Source: a virus. From it: a stretch of 64,000 bases of DNA. Under the pieces are notes generated by a model that saw only the letters and a list, made by a program, of their open reading frames with translations, had not been told where the DNA came from and did not search any database. The stretch covers positions 16,059-80,058 of IMG/VR virus record IMGVR_UViG_3300010389_003143; one strand, 5' to 3'. A program made the translations under genes and the position numbers. Position 1 is the stretch's first letter; every line of letters begins with the position of its first letter. Positions 27,549 through 37,967 of this stretch are shown here, one piece after another.

Positions 27549-30244
27549 TCTCCTTCTTCTTCTGCATAATCCGCTAACGCAACTCTCTCTACTTTTGCCG
27601 AAACCTTCTCTGGATCAACTCCGGCATTTGTTCTTAGATAATAAAGCGCTTTCAGACCCATTTTCCAAGCTTTAATATGGGTCATTAGAACGTAGTTCTT
27701 ATTGGACCCAGCTGGGAAGAATAGATTTACGCTCTGCCCCTGGCATATAAATTCCTGTCTTCCACCAGCATGCTCAACAACCCATCTCTGGTCTAGCTCA
27801 AAAGCCGTCTTGAAAACAGATCTTTCCCAGTCGCTAAGAAAGTCAAGATGTTGAACAGACCCTTGATTGAGGATTACGGAATTCCAAGCTTCTTCCTTTT
27901 CTTTTTCGTCTAGATAGTTATCAAAGACCTTATCTAGCTCGGGGTTCTTTACCAAAAATGATCCAGCCCTTGTTCTGTGAGTATAGGCGTTTGACTTCCA
28001 AGGCTCAATTGACGGACTTGTGGCTAATATAATAGAGCTATTTGCATTAGGGGCTATAGCAAGAAGATGTGCGTTTCTTACTCCGCTTTCGGGGCCGTCT
28101 GGATAAGCTCCCTTTTCATCGGCAAGCCTTCTGGTCTCTTCTGTCGCTCTTTCTTTAATATCGCTAAATATAGAAGAATTCATAGCTGTAGCCATAGCGC
28201 TTTCCCACGGTATTCCGTTTCTCTGAAGAAGATCGTGGAAGCCCATTGCTCCAAGGCCGATGCTCCTCTCTCCTCTGGCTCCATTTACAGCCCTCCAAAG
28301 CTCCTTTGGAGCATTCTCGATAAATACGTCCAAAACGTTATCGAGCATTCTTACTAGGTCCTGAACAATCTTGGTGTCTTTCCACTCATCCCATTTTGCA
28401 AGATTTAGACTGCTCAGGCAGCATACGGCAGTCCTATCAGCCGCCGTAGGCAAAAATATTTCAGAGCACAAGTTTGAGCCATTTATTCTTAGATCCAAAT
28501 CTTTAAGCTCTTTTGGAAGATGCTTATTTGAGGTGTCTATAAAATGAAGATAAGGTTCGCCGGTTCGGTATCTTGTTTCGATAATCCTCTGAAGAAGCTC
28601 TCTTGCACCTAGGGTATCTCTAACTGTTCCATCCGCAGGGTCTACGAGGTTCCAGTCTTCATTTGCTATAGCTGCCTTCATGAAATCGTCAGTTATATTT
28701 ACAGCATTATGCAAATTAAAACACTTTCTATTTGGATCACCGCCAGTTGGAATTCTCATTTGTAAAAATTCAACAATATCAGGGTGTGAGATATCTAGGT
28801 AAGCAGCATATGAGCCCTTCCTGGTATTTCCACAGACTAGAGATCTACCGTTACTTCTTACTAGCAGTTTGCCTTCTGGAACTAATGCACAGTAAACATA
28901 TCCATCATAAGGGACCTCTTCCTTCCTAACCCTTTGAGTTGTGAAATGGTTTTTGTTTGAGACTACAACATAAAAAGAATTTTTTCTTGGATATTCTCTC
29001 TGCTGCTCTTTAATTCTAGCTCTTTTGCCAGCTAAAGTAGCTGCAGTAAAGACAGTATCAGCGCATGCTTTGCTTACTGATGAATATGTAAAGTTTGTTG
29101 CCCTCTTACTTGAGTCCCAATTAGATACTTCATCCAAGAAGCTCGTAAGCCATTCATAACTTCTTGTTTCTGGCCTTACCCAAGAGAGGTCTTTTGACTC
29201 CCAAGCATAGTTGGGGACATCGGGGATATTTCTTACATCGCTGACTTTCACCCTGATTGTGCAAGTTCCATCATTTCTATAAATAAGATTATAGCTATAG
29301 TTAGACTCTCTAACTATTCTGAGCAACCTATCGATCTTTCTCTGCTTCTTAAAATGAAACTCAATAGACTTACCGTTATAATTAGTTCCATCAGCCTGAA
29401 AGGCGACAAGAAGTCTGTCTGAATTTGAAAAACTTTCTTTATTATTATTTTTAATTTTTCCAGAAAAAGCCATTCTCACTTCAGAGTGTGATGGAAGCAT
29501 ATCAGCCCTTACTTTTTGAAGATCGTCATTCCAGCCACCCTTGGTCTTTCTGTCTATAACCATTGAGTGATTTGGAGTTACCATAATATCAACATTTTTT
29601 TCATCCACTACACGGATAAGGTTGCCATTATGATATTCTCTTACAAGCTCTATCGGCTTGACAAACGACACTTCGCCCCTGGAGGTTACCTGCGCGACCT
29701 TATCATGGTCGGTTAGTTCGGAAAACTTAATGTAGCCTTTGTCCGTCAATACCTCAACATCAGGGTGGTAACACTTGCCCTGGCGATAAGCATTCATATC
29801 TGCGTCAACTGTTTTTAGGAATGGAATTGGTCCGGGTGACTTTTCCGAAACAGAGCGAACTGATGACCAGTGGCCACCGACCCCGCCTCCCTTGACAGAT
29901 AGCCATCTAAGCTCTGAGGAATGCTCTATAAGGCCCTCAAGGGTGTCGTCGACCCAGGTAAGGAAGCAGCTTATCGGAAGCGCCCTCCAGGCCTCTCCGG
30001 GCTTTGGAGCATTGCTCAGAACGGGGGAGGCAAACATGAACCAGCCCTTGCTTGCGTAATCATAAATTCTTTGGGCAAAACGAAGGTCGCCGTCGCAATA
30101 AGCGAGAGCTGCTCTACCAAACGCCTCCTGGGGCGAGGTTTCTTCGTTCAGCATGTAGTACTGTTTTAACAGGGTTTTTGAAAAATCATTTAAATTATCA
30201 TCTCTGTCGAAATCCAGCAGGATTCCGCCGTACTCAGTGCTCAT
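27527..30244 (-). CDS. nrdA: Ribonucleotide reductase class Ia alpha subunit, intein-containing, no ATP cone
   Basis: PISCF, GGGVG, SNLCSEI (catalytic Cys), AIAPNANS, C-terminal CLSC. Confidence 0.96.
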   Translation of the reverse strand: MSTEYGGILLDFDRDDNLNDFSKTLLKQYYMLNEETSPQEAFGRAALAYCDGDLRFAQRIYDYASKGWFMFASPVLSNAPKPGEAWRALPISCFLTWVDDTLEGLIEHSSELRWLSVKGGGVGGHWSSVRSVSEKSPGPIPFLKTVDADMNAYRQGKCYHPDVEVLTDKGYIKFSELTDHDKVAQVTSRGEVSFVKPIELVREYHNGNLIRVVDEKNVDIMVTPNHSMVIDRKTKGGWNDDLQKVRADMLPSHSEVRMAFSGKIKNNNKESFSNSDRLLVAFQADGTNYNGKSIEFHFKKQRKIDRLLRIVRESNYSYNLIYRNDGTCTIRVKVSDVRNIPDVPNYAWESKDLSWVRPETRSYEWLTSFLDEVSNWDSSKRATNFTYSSVSKACADTVFTAATLAGKRARIKEQQREYPRKNSFYVVVSNKNHFTTQRVRKEEVPYDGYVYCALVPEGKLLVRSNGRSLVCGNTRKGSYAAYLDISHPDIVEFLQMRIPTGGDPNRKCFNLHNAVNITDDFMKAAIANEDWNLVDPADGTVRDTLGARELLQRIIETRYRTGEPYLHFIDTSNKHLPKELKDLDLRINGSNLCSEIFLPTAADRTAVCCLSSLNLAKWDEWKDTKIVQDLVRMLDNVLDVFIENAPKELWRAVNGARGERSIGLGAMGFHDLLQRNGIPWESAMATAMNSSIFSDIKERATEETRRLADEKGAYPDGPESGVRNAHLLAIAPNANSSIILATSPSIEPWKSNAYTHRTRAGSFLVKNPELDKVFDNYLDEKEKEEAWNSVILNQGSVQHLDFLSDWERSVFKTAFELDQRWVVEHAGGRQEFICQGQSVNLFFPAGSNKNYVLMTHIKAWKMGLKALYYLRTNAGVDPEKVSAKVERVALADYAEEEGECLSCQG
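28826..29773 (-). mobile_element. Intein in NrdA (316 aa), degenerate LAGLIDADG
   Basis: YRQGK|CYHPDVEVLT...GRSLVCGN|TRKGS; excision restores RQGKTRKGS; LVAFQADG block. Confidence 0.9.
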
Positions 30245-30611
30245 TTATTTCCCCAATTTTCATCTTTAAATTTTTCGTTTTAGCTGAAGCGATCGTGGCT
30301 AAAGATTTATGCATGAAAATTGTTTCGACAATAATTTTTAAGTCTCTTCTACACAACTTCTTACTTACCTTTAACCACTTAAACTTGCAAAAAAATTGTT
30401 ACGAATTTATTCGTTCCAAAGAAATCTGCGTACTTAAGCCTTCCATTTTAATAGATTTTCAGACCTTACATTAGAGGGCTTGCTTTAGAATCTTATTGTT
30501 TTTCTTTTGTTTTATATATTCTTTTGAGCATCTAAAAAAAAAATAATTTTTTATTAAATTTACAAAATCTCATAGATCCATTCGATGCTTAAAAGCCTGA
30601 TTTGAACTGAC

Positions 30612-30643
30612 AAAAACGGCCCGAGCATTTTGTAGCCCGAGCC
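30612..30643 (-). terminator. Rho-independent terminator after the DAC gene
   Basis: Minus strand GGCUCGGGC-UACAAAAU-GCUCGGGCC (9-bp stem, two GU pairs) followed by GUUUUU. Confidence 0.7.
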
Positions 30644-30672
30644 ATCTCAAATTATGAAAGTTAGCTGATCAG

Positions 30673-31239
30673 CTATTCATCTGACGGATCAAACTGCTCT
30701 ACGAATGTGCCATTCTTCCAGGTTCTCACTACTGCAGTTTCTTCAGATAGCGTGAATACCGCTATAATATCTTCTCGCGTAGAAAAAGATGCAGCACTAA
30801 TATGCCTTGTGCCGCAGCCATCGGGTACATCAAGAGATGAGTCATCAACTACCAGGTAAATCTTTGATCCAATTATTTGACCGTTTCTATTAACGATTAT
30901 AGCGCCGTCAGCACCTTCGTTCAACATAGAGAAGACATCTTTCGTAAAAGCATCCTCACATATGTTTATGTACTTCTGTATAGGATTTACCCCTATCTGC
31001 CTCATGCCAGGAACCATGTGATCGTCAGATTTGTCGAAAACTCCAAGAACAATTATAAGTCCAATATTTCTATTTTCATTAAAGTTATTTCTAGATATTT
31101 GGGACAATAGCGTGAATATACTTTTTTCTACTTTTTGGAAATCTCTTGCAGCATTAAACTGATATGAGAAATCTATGCTAGAGATTTTTCTAGAAAATTC
31201 TGGCTTGCTGACTTTTGCGGTCTCCAAGTCATTACTCAT
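30673..31239 (-). CDS. Diadenylate cyclase (DisA_N/DAC domain) protein
   Basis: DGAIIV motif, GTRHISAA (RHR-like) and LSEET; stand-alone domain; AGGGGAAGG RBS. Confidence 0.8.
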   Translation of the reverse strand: MSNDLETAKVSKPEFSRKISSIDFSYQFNAARDFQKVEKSIFTLLSQISRNNFNENRNIGLIIVLGVFDKSDDHMVPGMRQIGVNPIQKYINICEDAFTKDVFSMLNEGADGAIIVNRNGQIIGSKIYLVVDDSSLDVPDGCGTRHISAASFSTREDIIAVFTLSEETAVVRTWKNGTFVEQFDPSDE

Positions 31240-31258
31240 GACCTTCCCCTGGTTTATT

Positions 31259-33745
31259 TTAGTTGCTAAAACCTAATTCATCATAGGTGTAATTTATAAT
31301 AAAACCAGAATCATCTATTGTCTCTAGATTTAGCGGAGATCTCCAGGCCTCATATATGTATTCCATAACTTTCTCTGCATGGGTTACATCTAAGGTTCCT
31401 ATATTTTTTGAAACATGGTCAAGTTGCAAAAAGCCATCTTCAATACCCGTTATAGCTATAAGCGGTGCCCTATAATTATAAAGATCCTTCGTAAGCGATT
31501 CAACAACGCTATTTAGGTCTGTTCCGGTTATGTGAATGCCCCGATCTCCGCCAGGAGTCTGGATATCCTTATAACTAAACAGCTTAAGCTCTTGTGCCAA
31601 CTCTTTTGTTAAATAATTTCTAATAAAGGATATATCGTCTTCCGTTTCTACAACTTTATAGACTTTCTCTAGCCCAGTCAGGCTTGAGGTGCCCTCCTCA
31701 TGGAATCGGTCCCACCTTTCCTTTATATCTGTAAATATCTTAAAGCCTAAGAAATACGGGTTTATATTTAAGCTATTTCTTCCTGGCTGCACGACCTTTT
31801 CGTGAAGTCCACAGAAATCTAGATGCTCTCCATGATTTATACATTCCAAATCAGACATTAAGTAAGCGTGAACAAAGCTTGCAAATCCTTCGTTCATTAT
31901 CTTTGTCATGTACTGCGGATAGAAGTAATAAGTTTCTTCCCTTATGATTTCAAGAATGTCTACCTGCCATGACTCAAGGCTATTTGAATAATTAATCAAG
32001 AACCATAGTATATCCTTTTCCGGATTGGGAGGAAATCTATTCTTTGGCACAACCATTTTTTTCGACATGGACTTTTCGTCCAGCAGGTCCGAGAACTCAT
32101 CTTTTGCCACAGTCTTAAAGTACTTTTTCTTTCTTGGGTATTTGCTGCGCCTTAGACCTTTGTGCCAGTCTATATGCTTATCCAGAGCAAAGCCAATATC
32201 CATAATTCTTTCGACAGCGTCTATTCCGTATTTCTGAATATATTCCTCTATTCTTTGCGCTCTTTCTGCGGCATGGTAGACCATCTTATTATCAGTTTTC
32301 TTAAATAAATAATTATTTTTAAAGAAATGACAGTTGTGAGCTATCATTCCATTGTCAATAACAAAACTGTGATCTTCTTCAACTTCTATATCATAGACTG
32401 GGACCTCTTCGAGTAACTCGACTCTTCTTGCCATAGTCACTTTTGAAAATAGATGCTCATCGGTCTGCTCTGAAAAAGACCAAGTGCGATTTATCTCTTT
32501 CTCAAAATTGATATCGCAAATTTCAAGAAGCTTTCTGTGAGCCTTCCCATGTACACTTAAATCATAACAGGTTTTTCTGCCCTTCCGACTCCTGGACTTT
32601 ATGCTTGCTTTAATTCCAAAATCTTTAAGAATGGACTTTGTCTTATAAGCCAGCTCACTACTTGTTGTGGTAAAGCTTGACTGGTATTTATCGCCCTTAA
32701 TATGGCCATCACCCTCGAATAGGCCTCTAATCATGCCTATCATAAAATCTCTTGGAGTATCCGGGTCTGCTGCAAAATTTGGAATAAATTTATTATTGGA
32801 GTGCCGACCACACTCTTTCTCAAGGAACATTCCAAATGACTTGTCATACACCATAACTCTCCTTGAAGAGTCAGACTCTCTTATGGTGACTCCGGTGTTT
32901 ATGCCCAACTTTTCAAACCAGTTCTGAATAAAGTCCGAATATGAGGCTTCATCTTTATGTAGCGAAAATGCAAAAGATGTATTGTTACGACTTCCTTCTG
33001 CTATATATAATCCAATTATTCTGCCAAAATCGCAGTCTAAATCAACCTGATATCCGCCAAACTTATTGGCCAACTCCTTCTTCCATCTAGGTGTTGGTCT
33101 TGATACTTCTATGGGAATAAGTATGCTCTTTTTATTTTTGCTATATGATATCTTTGGAGTTATCACCAAATCGTTTTCGGTAACGTCTTTTGCTTCGCAC
33201 CAGAACATCATATTGTCACGCTTAATCAAAAGTCTATGCTCGGGGGTGCATCGCGATGGGCTTTCCTCTCCCTTTACTCGAATCTCAACCAGATCCTTTG
33301 TTTTTTTGGTTTCCCTTGACTCGATAACTTGGCGGTATCGACCTTTGTGAGTTAAAACCATATCTCCTGGAACTATACTCTTTATGTCTACGAACCCCCT
33401 CGTTGTCTCGACCCTTGTGTCTCCGACAAAGCAGTGCCCAATTACGTGAGCTATGACCATAGTATTTGCTATATCAGAGTTTGTATCCAGCAAGAATGCA
33501 TAGGACGGGTTGTTATTCAAAACAACCTCATAAACCTTGGAAAAGCCCATTTCTCCTTGCATCTTCTGATAATCATAGGATTGGCCGTAACTCCAGTGCC
33601 TAGCCCTTGTTGGTAGTCCATAGCTGATAACCTCAAGCATTGTATCTTGAGATACAACCTCGTAATTTATCGGATAAGGGTCGAGATTCATATCTTCGGC
33701 CATCTTTTCCAAGATTTTTATTCTTTCAGTTAGGACCTTGTTCAT
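31259..33745 (-). CDS. spoVR: SpoVR/YcgB family protein, intein-containing
   Basis: GLPTR..HWSYG..Y, YEVVLNNNPSYAFL, AHVIGH|CHFFKNN, IIREE.YYFYPQ..TKIMNEGFAS, NPY.LG. Confidence 0.92.
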   Translation of the reverse strand: MNKVLTERIKILEKMAEDMNLDPYPINYEVVSQDTMLEVISYGLPTRARHWSYGQSYDYQKMQGEMGFSKVYEVVLNNNPSYAFLLDTNSDIANTMVIAHVIGHCFVGDTRVETTRGFVDIKSIVPGDMVLTHKGRYRQVIESRETKKTKDLVEIRVKGEESPSRCTPEHRLLIKRDNMMFWCEAKDVTENDLVITPKISYSKNKKSILIPIEVSRPTPRWKKELANKFGGYQVDLDCDFGRIIGLYIAEGSRNNTSFAFSLHKDEASYSDFIQNWFEKLGINTGVTIRESDSSRRVMVYDKSFGMFLEKECGRHSNNKFIPNFAADPDTPRDFMIGMIRGLFEGDGHIKGDKYQSSFTTTSSELAYKTKSILKDFGIKASIKSRSRKGRKTCYDLSVHGKAHRKLLEICDINFEKEINRTWSFSEQTDEHLFSKVTMARRVELLEEVPVYDIEVEEDHSFVIDNGMIAHNCHFFKNNYLFKKTDNKMVYHAAERAQRIEEYIQKYGIDAVERIMDIGFALDKHIDWHKGLRRSKYPRKKKYFKTVAKDEFSDLLDEKSMSKKMVVPKNRFPPNPEKDILWFLINYSNSLESWQVDILEIIREETYYFYPQYMTKIMNEGFASFVHAYLMSDLECINHGEHLDFCGLHEKVVQPGRNSLNINPYFLGFKIFTDIKERWDRFHEEGTSSLTGLEKVYKVVETEDDISFIRNYLTKELAQELKLFSYKDIQTPGGDRGIHITGTDLNSVVESLTKDLYNYRAPLIAITGIEDGFLQLDHVSKNIGTLDVTHAEKVMEYIYEAWRSPLNLETIDDSGFIINYTYDELGFSN
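32333..33433 (-). mobile_element. Intein in SpoVR (367 aa) with LAGLIDADG endonuclease
   Basis: GH|CFVGDTRVET...TPEHR...IGLYIAEGS...IRGLFEGDGH...VYDIEVEEDHSF...IAHN|C. Confidence 0.93.
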
Positions 33746-34932
33746 TTTTTAACCTCTTTGTATGCTCTTCCATCTATGTTAAAGAATAACTTTAACGCAT
33801 CAAAAACTTCATCCTTAGATGATATCCTCATTGAAACGAATCTTGTTCTCTTTATTTCACCCTCTAGCATATAAGAGAGTTTCTTATCATCCGTCCCCCA
33901 AGAATATGAATCGCCAAGGTCTATTTCTCCATACCCTATTGCTCTGACCATCGGCAGCATTTTTTTAACGTAATCAATGACGAGCATGTTGTCATTAAAC
34001 CAGTTGTCGCCGTCGCTGAACTCAAAAACATAATTATTCCACTGATCAGCAGGGTGATGCTCACTCATATGCTCGTAGGCAAGCTTAAAGGCCGAAGAAC
34101 ACTTTGTGCCCCCAGAGCCGCTCATACTAAAGAATTCTTTTTCAGTTGTAGTAAATGCACTTACATCATGGGCGATAAAAACAAGTGATATATTTTTATA
34201 TCGCCTCTTAAGAAACTGAACCATCCAGAAATAAAAGCTCTTTGCAATAAAGACTTTATCTTGTGTCATGGAGCCACTGATGTCCATCATAAGATAAACC
34301 GCAGCGTTTGATAAATACTCTTTATTTACCTCATAATGGCGATACCTTAAATCGTCTTCATTGATTCCGCCGATTTTCGCCTCACCTTTTGCAGCGTTTC
34401 TCTTTAGGTTTTGAATTAAAGTCTTTTTTAGATCTAGATTTGGATAAATACCCTTTTTATTTATAGAGGAAAGCTCCTCTGTCTCTATCTCTATAAAAGA
34501 AGACTTCTCCGGCTCCATCCATGGGAGATTTAGCTCATCCATAAGGATCTCAACAAGCTCATCTATGGTGACTTCTGCATCATAGAAGACCTCGCCCTCT
34601 TTGTCGCCTGCCTTATCTCCTTTTCCCTTTCCTTTCTTCTTTTTATTTATCCTAAATTTATCACCGCCCTTGACATCGAGGCCTTGGCCTGTGCCTGAGC
34701 TGTTATTTAGCTTTCCGTACTTAAACTTATACCTATCGAGAAATCTAATCGGCACCTTTATCTTTTTATCGCCATCGGACGTAATGATATTGTGCTCAGT
34801 GATTAAGTCCTTTCCGTTTTTGCGTATAGCATCGTTTACAAGCTTTTTGTGCCTCTCAGAGTCTCTCTTGCCCCTTTGCTTTAGCTTCCAAATATCGGAA
34901 AGATTTTCACGCGATTTCGGAGAGCCAGACAT
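33742..34932 (-). CDS. yeaH: YeaH/YhbH (DUF444) vWA-domain protein
   Basis: RG.RD..RH, MMDISGSM (MIDAS), FIAH, SGGTKCSSA, FSDGDN. Confidence 0.92.
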   Translation of the reverse strand: MSGSPKSRENLSDIWKLKQRGKRDSERHKKLVNDAIRKNGKDLITEHNIITSDGDKKIKVPIRFLDRYKFKYGKLNNSSGTGQGLDVKGGDKFRINKKKKGKGKGDKAGDKEGEVFYDAEVTIDELVEILMDELNLPWMEPEKSSFIEIETEELSSINKKGIYPNLDLKKTLIQNLKRNAAKGEAKIGGINEDDLRYRHYEVNKEYLSNAAVYLMMDISGSMTQDKVFIAKSFYFWMVQFLKRRYKNISLVFIAHDVSAFTTTEKEFFSMSGSGGTKCSSAFKLAYEHMSEHHPADQWNNYVFEFSDGDNWFNDNMLVIDYVKKMLPMVRAIGYGEIDLGDSYSWGTDDKKLSYMLEGEIKRTRFVSMRISSKDEVFDALKLFFNIDGRAYKEVKK

Positions 34933-34934
34933 TA

Positions 34935-37900
34935 TTAATTCCTTGCCATTAAGGAGCTTACGTATCTGAGAAGCTTGTTTGCGCTTTCTGCGTTGTATCC
35001 ATGCTTATCGCATAGAGTCTGCACAACTACGTTTACTCTCTTTAGCTCTTCTTCGTCGGGGTTTCTGGCAGATACGGTTAGTCGAATGACATCCTGCCTC
35101 TCATCGAATAGCTGCTTCTGAAGGGCCTCTCTGAGCTTTGCGTGCTCTCTGTAGTCATAAGCGCCACCATTTGTTCTGGCGGACTTAAGCATCTTTCTGT
35201 AGATCTCCTGGCGGAATGAGTTTTTGCCAGACTCAGTAATCCCAACCTTCTCTTCGATTGAGCGCATCAGCCTCTCATTCGGAGGAGAATACTCGCCCCA
35301 TTCGTCCTCAATCTTTGCTCCATCGAGGTAAGCGCCGACATGATCCATGTAGTTGGACAGAAGGTTCTGAATCTCAGACTCGAAGTTTACGAAGAATGCC
35401 TTCTGGACCTCATTTCTGGCAATCTTAGAATACTCCTCGATAACTGTCGTAAGGATATTGTCCAGGCGGTCAATCTCCTCCTTATCGAGCTTCGGATTTG
35501 AACTAAAGCCATCTCTAATTGCTCTGATTGCATCGATAGGAGTGAGGCAGCTGGTTCCGTCTTGAGCTAGAGCTGATGAAAGCCTATTTATAATGTATCT
35601 CGGAGAAACACCGCCCATGCCCTCTGCCTCAAATTCTTTCTTGAGAGTTGGTACATCGGATTGAGAGAATCCGTCGACCTCCTCTCCATCATAAAGCTTC
35701 ATCTTGTTTAGCTGAGTTAGGCCATTATTCTTAGAATCCTTAAGTCTAGATAGAATTGCGAACATTGCTGCGCAATGCAGCGTGTAAGGCGCTATATGTA
35801 CGTTCTTGAACATAGCCTGGCCGATAAGCTTCTCGTAGATCCTTACTTCCTCTGATACCTCAAGGTTATAGGGAACCTTTACGACAATAATTCTGTCATG
35901 AAGGGCTTCCATTTCGTCCTTTGCTAGGAAACGCTTATACTCGGTCTCGTTAGTGTTATGGCAAAGAACCTGCCCTATACCTGCGACGAATGAGTGATTT
36001 CCTTCACATGCAATGTCGAATACTTCTAGTGACTCTACATATAGAGATTCTATTTTATTTACACCAGCATTTGTATTCTTTAGCCTAAAACGGATACCGT
36101 AGGCATCTTTTCCAGTTGTCGTGTAACCATGATAAATCGAGTAATCCTTACCCAGAATAGAGGATATAAATCCAACTTGGGAGGCAAGCATCTTTGAAGT
36201 AGTTTTGTATCTAAAGAAGTTTTCCTCATACTCTTCACTTGCATTATCAAAGTAGAAGTTTGTGGAGCCATCACCTTTTACTAATTCGTCTAAGAAAAAT
36301 GTTAGCATCTCATTGCTTAGATTGAATACAAAGTTCGGAACCTTCTTGCCATCGGAGTATTTGCCGCAGTTTAGCTCCAAGAGGTCTTTCCATATCTTGG
36401 TTGACAAATGAAGTCTGCTTGTTCTATCTTTTTTATCGCTTCTGTCCTGAAGAGAAGATGTGGAGGTGCTAATTCTTTCGGACGCAGACTTTATGAGGCT
36501 AAGCTCGTTTAATGACTGCTGACTAATAATGGCATGAGCGCTATTTACATGTCCCTCAGTAATATACCATGCCATAGTTTTTAGCAAATCTTTTACATCT
36601 TGAGTGTCCTTAAGATTGTATCTAACTTTAACTTTATTTTTTCTAAATTGGCCATTACCCTTATATCCTTCGATATCCTTTATTCTGGCATAGCCATCAT
36701 CATCAACTTCCATATCTTCTGATAGCTCCAAGGTAAAGCTCTCTGCAACTTCAATTAGCGGAGCTTCTCTTAGGGCGCAAACATCTAGTTTATCCTCGGG
36801 ATAGAATGGCTCAAGATCATCAGAGTAAATAGAGTGATTATACGTAGTTTCTACAACTCCATTTTTTTGAATAGTTTTAATTAGATTTCCAGTAAATGGA
36901 TGGCTATAAAAATTCTTTACCTTTGTCCATTCAAATTCTTTTGTATTTAAATTCATGGCAATAACTTCAATGTTAGTATCGCCCGCCCTAGCTAGATCTG
37001 CGATTGTATCAAACTTTACTAGTCCATCTTTTCTATAGGGAACAGGCTCATCGCCAACAATACTATGAGCTAGCAAAAACTCGTCAGCATAAATGAACGG
37101 AAATCTGCCAGTTTTAATATTTTTCTCTTGAGCAAGGGTCAGGAGAACATAAAGGAACTTCTGATCGACTTTGAGCATCTCAACGAACTCCATGATGCCT
37201 CTATTCGCTACGTTCAGCTCTCCATCAAAGCGGTAGGCTCTGGGGTCTGACTCAGAACCGAATTCGCCAATCTTGCTCAAGTCCATTGAGCCTACAAGCT
37301 CGGATACATCCTGACTCTTCTTGTCTGATGGAACAAACGTTCCCACTCCTATTCTGGACTGCTCTGAGAAGAACATTCTTTCTACAGGCAGCTTAAGAAA
37401 GTCTCCATCATACTTTTCCTTTAGGATAAGGTCCATGTAAGGAGAAAGCTTTCCATCAATCTTTATGCCATAATCGTCAAAGAACTTCTGCCTTAGTGAT
37501 TCGGGGATAGCAGTAAGCGGATCCTCATACATTGGAGACTCTGATAAGCAGTAGGTCTGGCCCTCATCCGTCTTGGCGAACTTCTCAAGACCTCTCTTCA
37601 GGGAGACGGCTAGCTGGGACTTTCCGGAAGAAGTGGGTCCGTATAGCAGAAGGATTCTTCTGGAAACCTCAGACCCGGCGGAAGCAGCCTTTAGGTAGGA
37701 CATAATCTCTGTAAGCGATTCATCTATTCCGAAAAGATCCTGGTCAAAGAAGTTGTATTTCGTGATATTGCCATCCTCATCGCGCTCGATGCCTTGGGAC
37801 TCAATCATTCTCAGAACTCTGGTGTGAGAACTCATATGAATTTCTGGATTTTCCGTAACCATGCCAATATAGTCAGCAAGAGTCCCGCTCCAGTTTAGTG

Positions 37901-37964
37901 AACTTTCTTCGTCAACATGATTTTCTAATAGCTTTAGAAGATTTGTTTTCTTAGATTGAGGCAT
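34935..37964 (-). CDS. prkA: PrkA/YeaG family AAA+ protein, intein-containing
   Basis: LLYGPTSSGKS (Walker A), SDPRAYRFDGELNVANRGIMEFVEMLK, AH|TNE, EGMGGVSPRY. Confidence 0.93.
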   Translation of the reverse strand: MPQSKKTNLLKLLENHVDEESSLNWSGTLADYIGMVTENPEIHMSSHTRVLRMIESQGIERDEDGNITKYNFFDQDLFGIDESLTEIMSYLKAASAGSEVSRRILLLYGPTSSGKSQLAVSLKRGLEKFAKTDEGQTYCLSESPMYEDPLTAIPESLRQKFFDDYGIKIDGKLSPYMDLILKEKYDGDFLKLPVERMFFSEQSRIGVGTFVPSDKKSQDVSELVGSMDLSKIGEFGSESDPRAYRFDGELNVANRGIMEFVEMLKVDQKFLYVLLTLAQEKNIKTGRFPFIYADEFLLAHSIVGDEPVPYRKDGLVKFDTIADLARAGDTNIEVIAMNLNTKEFEWTKVKNFYSHPFTGNLIKTIQKNGVVETTYNHSIYSDDLEPFYPEDKLDVCALREAPLIEVAESFTLELSEDMEVDDDGYARIKDIEGYKGNGQFRKNKVKVRYNLKDTQDVKDLLKTMAWYITEGHVNSAHAIISQQSLNELSLIKSASERISTSTSSLQDRSDKKDRTSRLHLSTKIWKDLLELNCGKYSDGKKVPNFVFNLSNEMLTFFLDELVKGDGSTNFYFDNASEEYEENFFRYKTTSKMLASQVGFISSILGKDYSIYHGYTTTGKDAYGIRFRLKNTNAGVNKIESLYVESLEVFDIACEGNHSFVAGIGQVLCHNTNETEYKRFLAKDEMEALHDRIIVVKVPYNLEVSEEVRIYEKLIGQAMFKNVHIAPYTLHCAAMFAILSRLKDSKNNGLTQLNKMKLYDGEEVDGFSQSDVPTLKKEFEAEGMGGVSPRYIINRLSSALAQDGTSCLTPIDAIRAIRDGFSSNPKLDKEEIDRLDNILTTVIEEYSKIARNEVQKAFFVNFESEIQNLLSNYMDHVGAYLDGAKIEDEWGEYSPPNERLMRSIEEKVGITESGKNSFRQEIYRKMLKSARTNGGAYDYREHAKLREALQKQLFDERQDVIRLTVSARNPDEEELKRVNVVVQTLCDKHGYNAESANKLLRYVSSLMARN
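35955..37064 (-). mobile_element. Intein in PrkA (370 aa), Ser1 type, LAGLIDADG
   Basis: LAH|SIVGDEPV...TTYNHS...AWYITEGH...LDELVKGDGS...VFDIACEGNHSF...CHN|TNE. Confidence 0.9.
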
Positions 37965-37967
37965 GAT

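Noticed and set aside
30052-30474. 140-aa plus-strand ORF in the nrdA upstream gap
   Set aside because: It is antisense to the nrdA 5' end, with no RBS and no recognisable motifs
34935-37964. PrkA as a Hanks-type Ser/Thr kinase
   Set aside because: Only AAA+ motifs are visible; the kinase name is historical
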